From positions 1-30,004 of the forward strand of contig JAGGSY010000086.1 of NCBI GenBank assembly GCA_021158845.1: a stretch of DNA of 30,004 bases, in the 5' to 3' direction. This stretch comes from Caldisericia bacterium. GTDB lineage: Bacteria; Caldisericota; Caldisericia; B22-G15. The notes below the pieces were generated by a model that was not told where the DNA came from, did not search any database, and saw only the letters and a program-made list of their open reading frames with translations. The position numbers and the translations under genes are program-made. Positions 26,972-30,004 of the stretch are shown here, one piece after another (position 1 is the stretch's first letter; the number at the start of each line of letters is the position of its first letter).

Positions 26972-27913
26972 ATGAAAGGTGAGAAAAAATATAAAGAAAT
27001 GAAAGAGATAACTCAGGAAGATTATTTGGAATTCCTTAAAGTTAGAGAGAAGGTTGTAATAGAGGATGTGGAGATAAAATTTCAGAAAAATTGGGATATT
27101 AAATCTTTTGGTCCTCCCGAGGATTACACCCTTGAACGAACAACTGTATGGAGTTTCCCCGACCGTGGAAATTGGGCTACTCACAAAGGTAATTACCGTG
27201 GAAATTGGTCACCATATATCCCTAGAAATCTTATTCTAAAATACACTGAAAAAGGGGATTGGATTCTTGATCAGATGATGGGAAGTGGCACAACATTAGT
27301 AGAAGCGAAATTGTTGGAAAGAAATGCTATTGGACTGGATATAAATCTTGATGCTGTGATGGTTACAAAAGATAGACTGAATTTTTCCTATAATCCTCTA
27401 TTCAAAGAATATAGGGAGCCAATAATAAAAACATATTGGGGAGATGCAAGAAATCTTGATAAAATTAGTGATAATAGCATTGATCTCATCGCTACTCATC
27501 CTCCCTATGCGAGCATAATTTCATACACAAAAAAGAAAAAACTCAGTGATGACCTATCACAGCTTCCATTTGAAGAATATCTGAAAGAGATGAGTAAGGT
27601 AGCTGAGGAATCTTATAGGGTTTTAAAACCTGGAAAGATCTGTGCAATTCTTATTGGAGATACCAGAAAACACAAACACTACATACCAATTGCTTTTAGG
27701 GTTATGCAGGCTTTTTTAAATTCAGGCTTTATTTTAAAAGAAGACATTATTAAGTTACAATGGAACATGAAAGCCACCAGAGAAAGATGGCGTGCTAAAA
27801 GATATGAATTTTACCTTATTGCTCATGAACATATTTTTATCTTCAGAAAACCTGAGAGTGAAAAAGAGTATAAAAAGTATAAATTTAGTGTAAAATGGTG
27901 GAAGGATGATTAA
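26972..27913 (+). CDS. Amino-type (N6-adenine/N4-cytosine) DNA methyltransferase, atypical HPPY catalytic motif
   Basis: Motif I DQMMGSGTT precedes motif IV THPPY; RVLKPGK; HEHIFIFRK. Overlaps the REase start. Confidence 0.85.
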   Translation: MKGEKKYKEMKEITQEDYLEFLKVREKVVIEDVEIKFQKNWDIKSFGPPEDYTLERTTVWSFPDRGNWATHKGNYRGNWSPYIPRNLILKYTEKGDWILDQMMGSGTTLVEAKLLERNAIGLDINLDAVMVTKDRLNFSYNPLFKEYREPIIKTYWGDARNLDKISDNSIDLIATHPPYASIISYTKKKKLSDDLSQLPFEEYLKEMSKVAEESYRVLKPGKICAILIGDTRKHKHYIPIAFRVMQAFLNSGFILKEDIIKLQWNMKATRERWRAKRYEFYLIAHEHIFIFRKPESEKEYKKYKFSVKWWKDD

Positions 27914-28808
27914 ATTTAAGAAATTGGGCTTCAAAAGTTTTGAAGAGTATGTAAAAAGTTTTTTTGGCACTTTACTACCTTCAAACAAAACTTATGAATA
28001 CTTTGTGGACTGGAATAAAGTCAGAAAAGTAATAAATAAATATTTAGATGAACTCTCTTTATTAAACTCTTTAACAAAGGTAAAACCTTCTGAAATAGGA
28101 AAACATCTACAATCTTTACTAATAAAATACCCACAAATAGTGGAGGTTATCCCCTTTCTTATAGCTGAAAGAGCTAAAAATGGAAAAGTTGATATATTTG
28201 ATCCCGAATTAGAACAATTTTTAATTTTTGAATTCAAACGATCTAAAGTTAATAAAAATTCAATTCCAAAAATTATAGATTTTTGTATAAAAACAGGGAT
28301 TGTTGATCTGTTTCATGAAATAAAAGATATACATGATTATTTACTCGGAGTAGAGGTTGGGATTGATACAAATGCACGAAAGAATAGAAGCGGAGATATA
28401 TTTGAAAAGATGTGTCAAAACAAGGTAAGCAAAATTATAACAAAAGAATATGTCTCGGTAAACAACGATCCTAATTTCTCACTTTATCCAAAAATCACTA
28501 AAGGTAAGAGTAAAGGGAAAACTCATGATATAGTTATCTATAAACACAATCAACCAATACTAATAGTGGAGTGCAATTTTTATAATGTTATGGGAAGCAA
28601 ACCTATTTCTATAGCAGAAAGTTACATAGAGATGTATAGAGTGGCAAAGAAAAGTAATGTATTATTTTTATGGGTGACTGATGGACCTGCTTGGCTCAAA
28701 ATGAAAGAAGCTTTATTAAGAAGCATGAAGGAGATTGATTGGTTGCTTAATTATAGAATGTTAAACCTCATTATAAAAATATTAAAAGAAGATGAGGATT
28801 CTATTTAA
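27906..28808 (+). CDS. DpnII-family type II restriction endonuclease (likely GATC)
   Basis: GVEVGIDTNARKNRSG..FE, ECNFYN..GSK, FLWVTDG..W are DpnII family hallmarks. Confidence 0.88.
   Translation: MIKFKKLGFKSFEEYVKSFFGTLLPSNKTYEYFVDWNKVRKVINKYLDELSLLNSLTKVKPSEIGKHLQSLLIKYPQIVEVIPFLIAERAKNGKVDIFDPELEQFLIFEFKRSKVNKNSIPKIIDFCIKTGIVDLFHEIKDIHDYLLGVEVGIDTNARKNRSGDIFEKMCQNKVSKIITKEYVSVNNDPNFSLYPKITKGKSKGKTHDIVIYKHNQPILIVECNFYNVMGSKPISIAESYIEMYRVAKKSNVLFLWVTDGPAWLKMKEALLRSMKEIDWLLNYRMLNLIIKILKEDEDSI
28779..28800 (+). repeat. 22-bp direct repeat, right copy
   Basis: Identical to 26946-26967; contains the amidohydrolase ATG (28792). Confidence 0.95.
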
Positions 28809-30004
28809 GAATGGAAACATTTATGGAGAAAATTTCAAACTTTACAAATTCATGTCTGTAAAAGACGGAGTTTTTGAATATGTTGGTAACCATGAACCCA
28901 CTGGAATTAATTTTAATAAAGAAGTAGACCTTAAAGGAAATTTTGTCCTTCCTGGATTTTTTGATTCCCACATACACCTTCTCTCCTACTCAAAAACGCT
29001 TTTTGAACTAAATCTATCAGGTATCCAGTCAATGGAAGAGGTTAAAAAGGTTTTAAAAAGCTTTAAGCCCAAAGGAGAAGTTATCTATGGTTTTGGATGG
29101 GATGATGAGAAGTGGAAGGTAAAGCCAGACAAAAGGATACTTGACGAGATTTTTCCTGATAGATTTGTAATTCTAAAGAGAAGGGATGGTCACTCTCTCT
29201 GGGTAAATTCCCTCGTTTTAAAGAAGTTTAACATAGATAAAAATACTCCTGACCCTCATGGCGGAAAGATAGAGAGGGATGAAGAGGGAAATCCCACAGG
29301 AGTTTTAAGAGATAGAGCAATGGAACTTGTGAAGTTAAAAGATTCCTTGTATTCTGAAAAGGAGATTATAAATGAAGGCATAAAAAAACTTCACTCTCTT
29401 GGTATAACCTCTATTTGCAATATGGATGGAGATATACTTCACACTCTTATTGAAGGTAAGTTTAAATTGAGGATCTTTTCTTCCATACCTCTTGAAAAAC
29501 TTGATTCACTGATTTCTCTTGGTTTAAGAAGTTTCTTTGGAGATGAGTTTTTGAAAATAGGCGGTGTTAAGGTATTTCTTGATGGTTCTCTTGGCTCAAA
29601 AACCTGCTTTATGAAGCAGGGGTTTGAAGATGAAAAAAAGAATAGGGGTCTTATCTATTTTGATGAGGAGGAACTTGAAGATATATTTAAGAAGATAGAG
29701 GATAACAACCTTGTTCTTTGGGTTCACTCTATAGGAGATATGGCAAATGAGATTATACTCTCTATCTTTGAGAGATTTTGGAAGAAAAGGAATCTTCATC
29801 ACAGAATTGAACATGCTCAAATCCTCTCAGAATCCCTTATAGAGAAGATAAAAAATATAAAGCCATACCTTTCTGTTCAGCCTTCTCACATCTATCTTGA
29901 TGTGGAAAAGATAGAAAAGTATCTTGGTAAAAGAGGTAGGTGGACCTATCCCATAAAAAGTTTAATAAATTCTGGCTCTGTTGTCTCTTTTGGTTCTGAT
30001 GCTC
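28792..30004 (+). CDS. Amidohydrolase 3 family (YtcJ-like) protein, truncated by the window end
   Basis: Absent from the ORF track (no stop in window). Manual translation: MRILFKNGNIY...DLKGNFVLPGFFDSHIH...GFGWD...RDGHSLWVNS...GNPTGVL...VKVFLDGSLGSKT...HSIGD...HRIEHAQ...SVQP...GSDA. Confidence 0.92.
   Translation, partial: MRILFKNGNIYGENFKLYKFMSVKDGVFEYVGNHEPTGINFNKEVDLKGNFVLPGFFDSHIHLLSYSKTLFELNLSGIQSMEEVKKVLKSFKPKGEVIYGFGWDDEKWKVKPDKRILDEIFPDRFVILKRRDGHSLWVNSLVLKKFNIDKNTPDPHGGKIERDEEGNPTGVLRDRAMELVKLKDSLYSEKEIINEGIKKLHSLGITSICNMDGDILHTLIEGKFKLRIFSSIPLEKLDSLISLGLRSFFGDEFLKIGGVKVFLDGSLGSKTCFMKQGFEDEKKNRGLIYFDEEELEDIFKKIEDNNLVLWVHSIGDMANEIILSIFERFWKKRNLHHRIEHAQILSESLIEKIKNIKPYLSVQPSHIYLDVEKIEKYLGKRGRWTYPIKSLINSGSVVSFGSDA

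Larger units (their letters stand above)
26968..28800 (+). mobile_element. Inserted restriction-modification cassette (1833 bp unit) with long target duplication
   Basis: Bounded by exact 22-bp direct repeats, AT-richer by eye than its flanks, carries only MTase and REase, no transposase or integrase. Confidence 0.75.

Noticed and set aside
26972-28808. GATC avoidance as support for REase specificity
   Set aside because: GATC sites are common by eye, both in the window and inside the cassette. No depletion is evident, though no formal count was done.

Overview
AT-rich bacterial chromosomal segment, probably from a thermophilic anaerobe (branched-chain polyamine synthase BpsA, HrcA/CIRCE-controlled groESL). 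Taxonomy cannot be fixed from the sequence alone. About 33 genes; no rRNA, tRNA or CRISPR seen. Left to right: (1) a minus-strand catabolic operon (7742 to 54): HutP-family RNA-binding regulator, DUF2877/AllH-like, FdrA/AllF, a 57-aa FdrA/YahG-module mini-gene missed by the ORF track, a cyclase-family hydrolase, and a three-subunit xanthine-dehydrogenase-family molybdoenzyme, closed by an intrinsic terminator; (2) a divergent, apparently leaderless DUF4388-mglB-mglA operon; (3) a tightly coupled minus-strand operon: bpsA, alr-like racemase, FMN-bind-like/TlpA, Trx-CcdA, triple GerMN, an archaeal-type CTP riboflavin kinase-MogA fusion, trmFO; (4) a minus-strand run: plsY, Zn-ADH, HD-GYP, yjbQ, CbiX-like, AEC transporter; (5) CIRCE-groES-groEL; (6) PII-like protein, cation:proton antiporter, Yip1-like protein, class II aldolase, then a DpnII-family restriction-modification cassette and a YtcJ-like amidohydrolase that runs off the window. 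Best leads: a UAG-N4-UAG-N4-UAG HutP box filling the ~27-nt leader of the hutP-like gene and overlapping its Shine-Dalgarno; the riboflavin kinase-MogA fusion; and an exact 22-bp direct repeat showing the RM cassette inserted at an overlapping stop/start junction.
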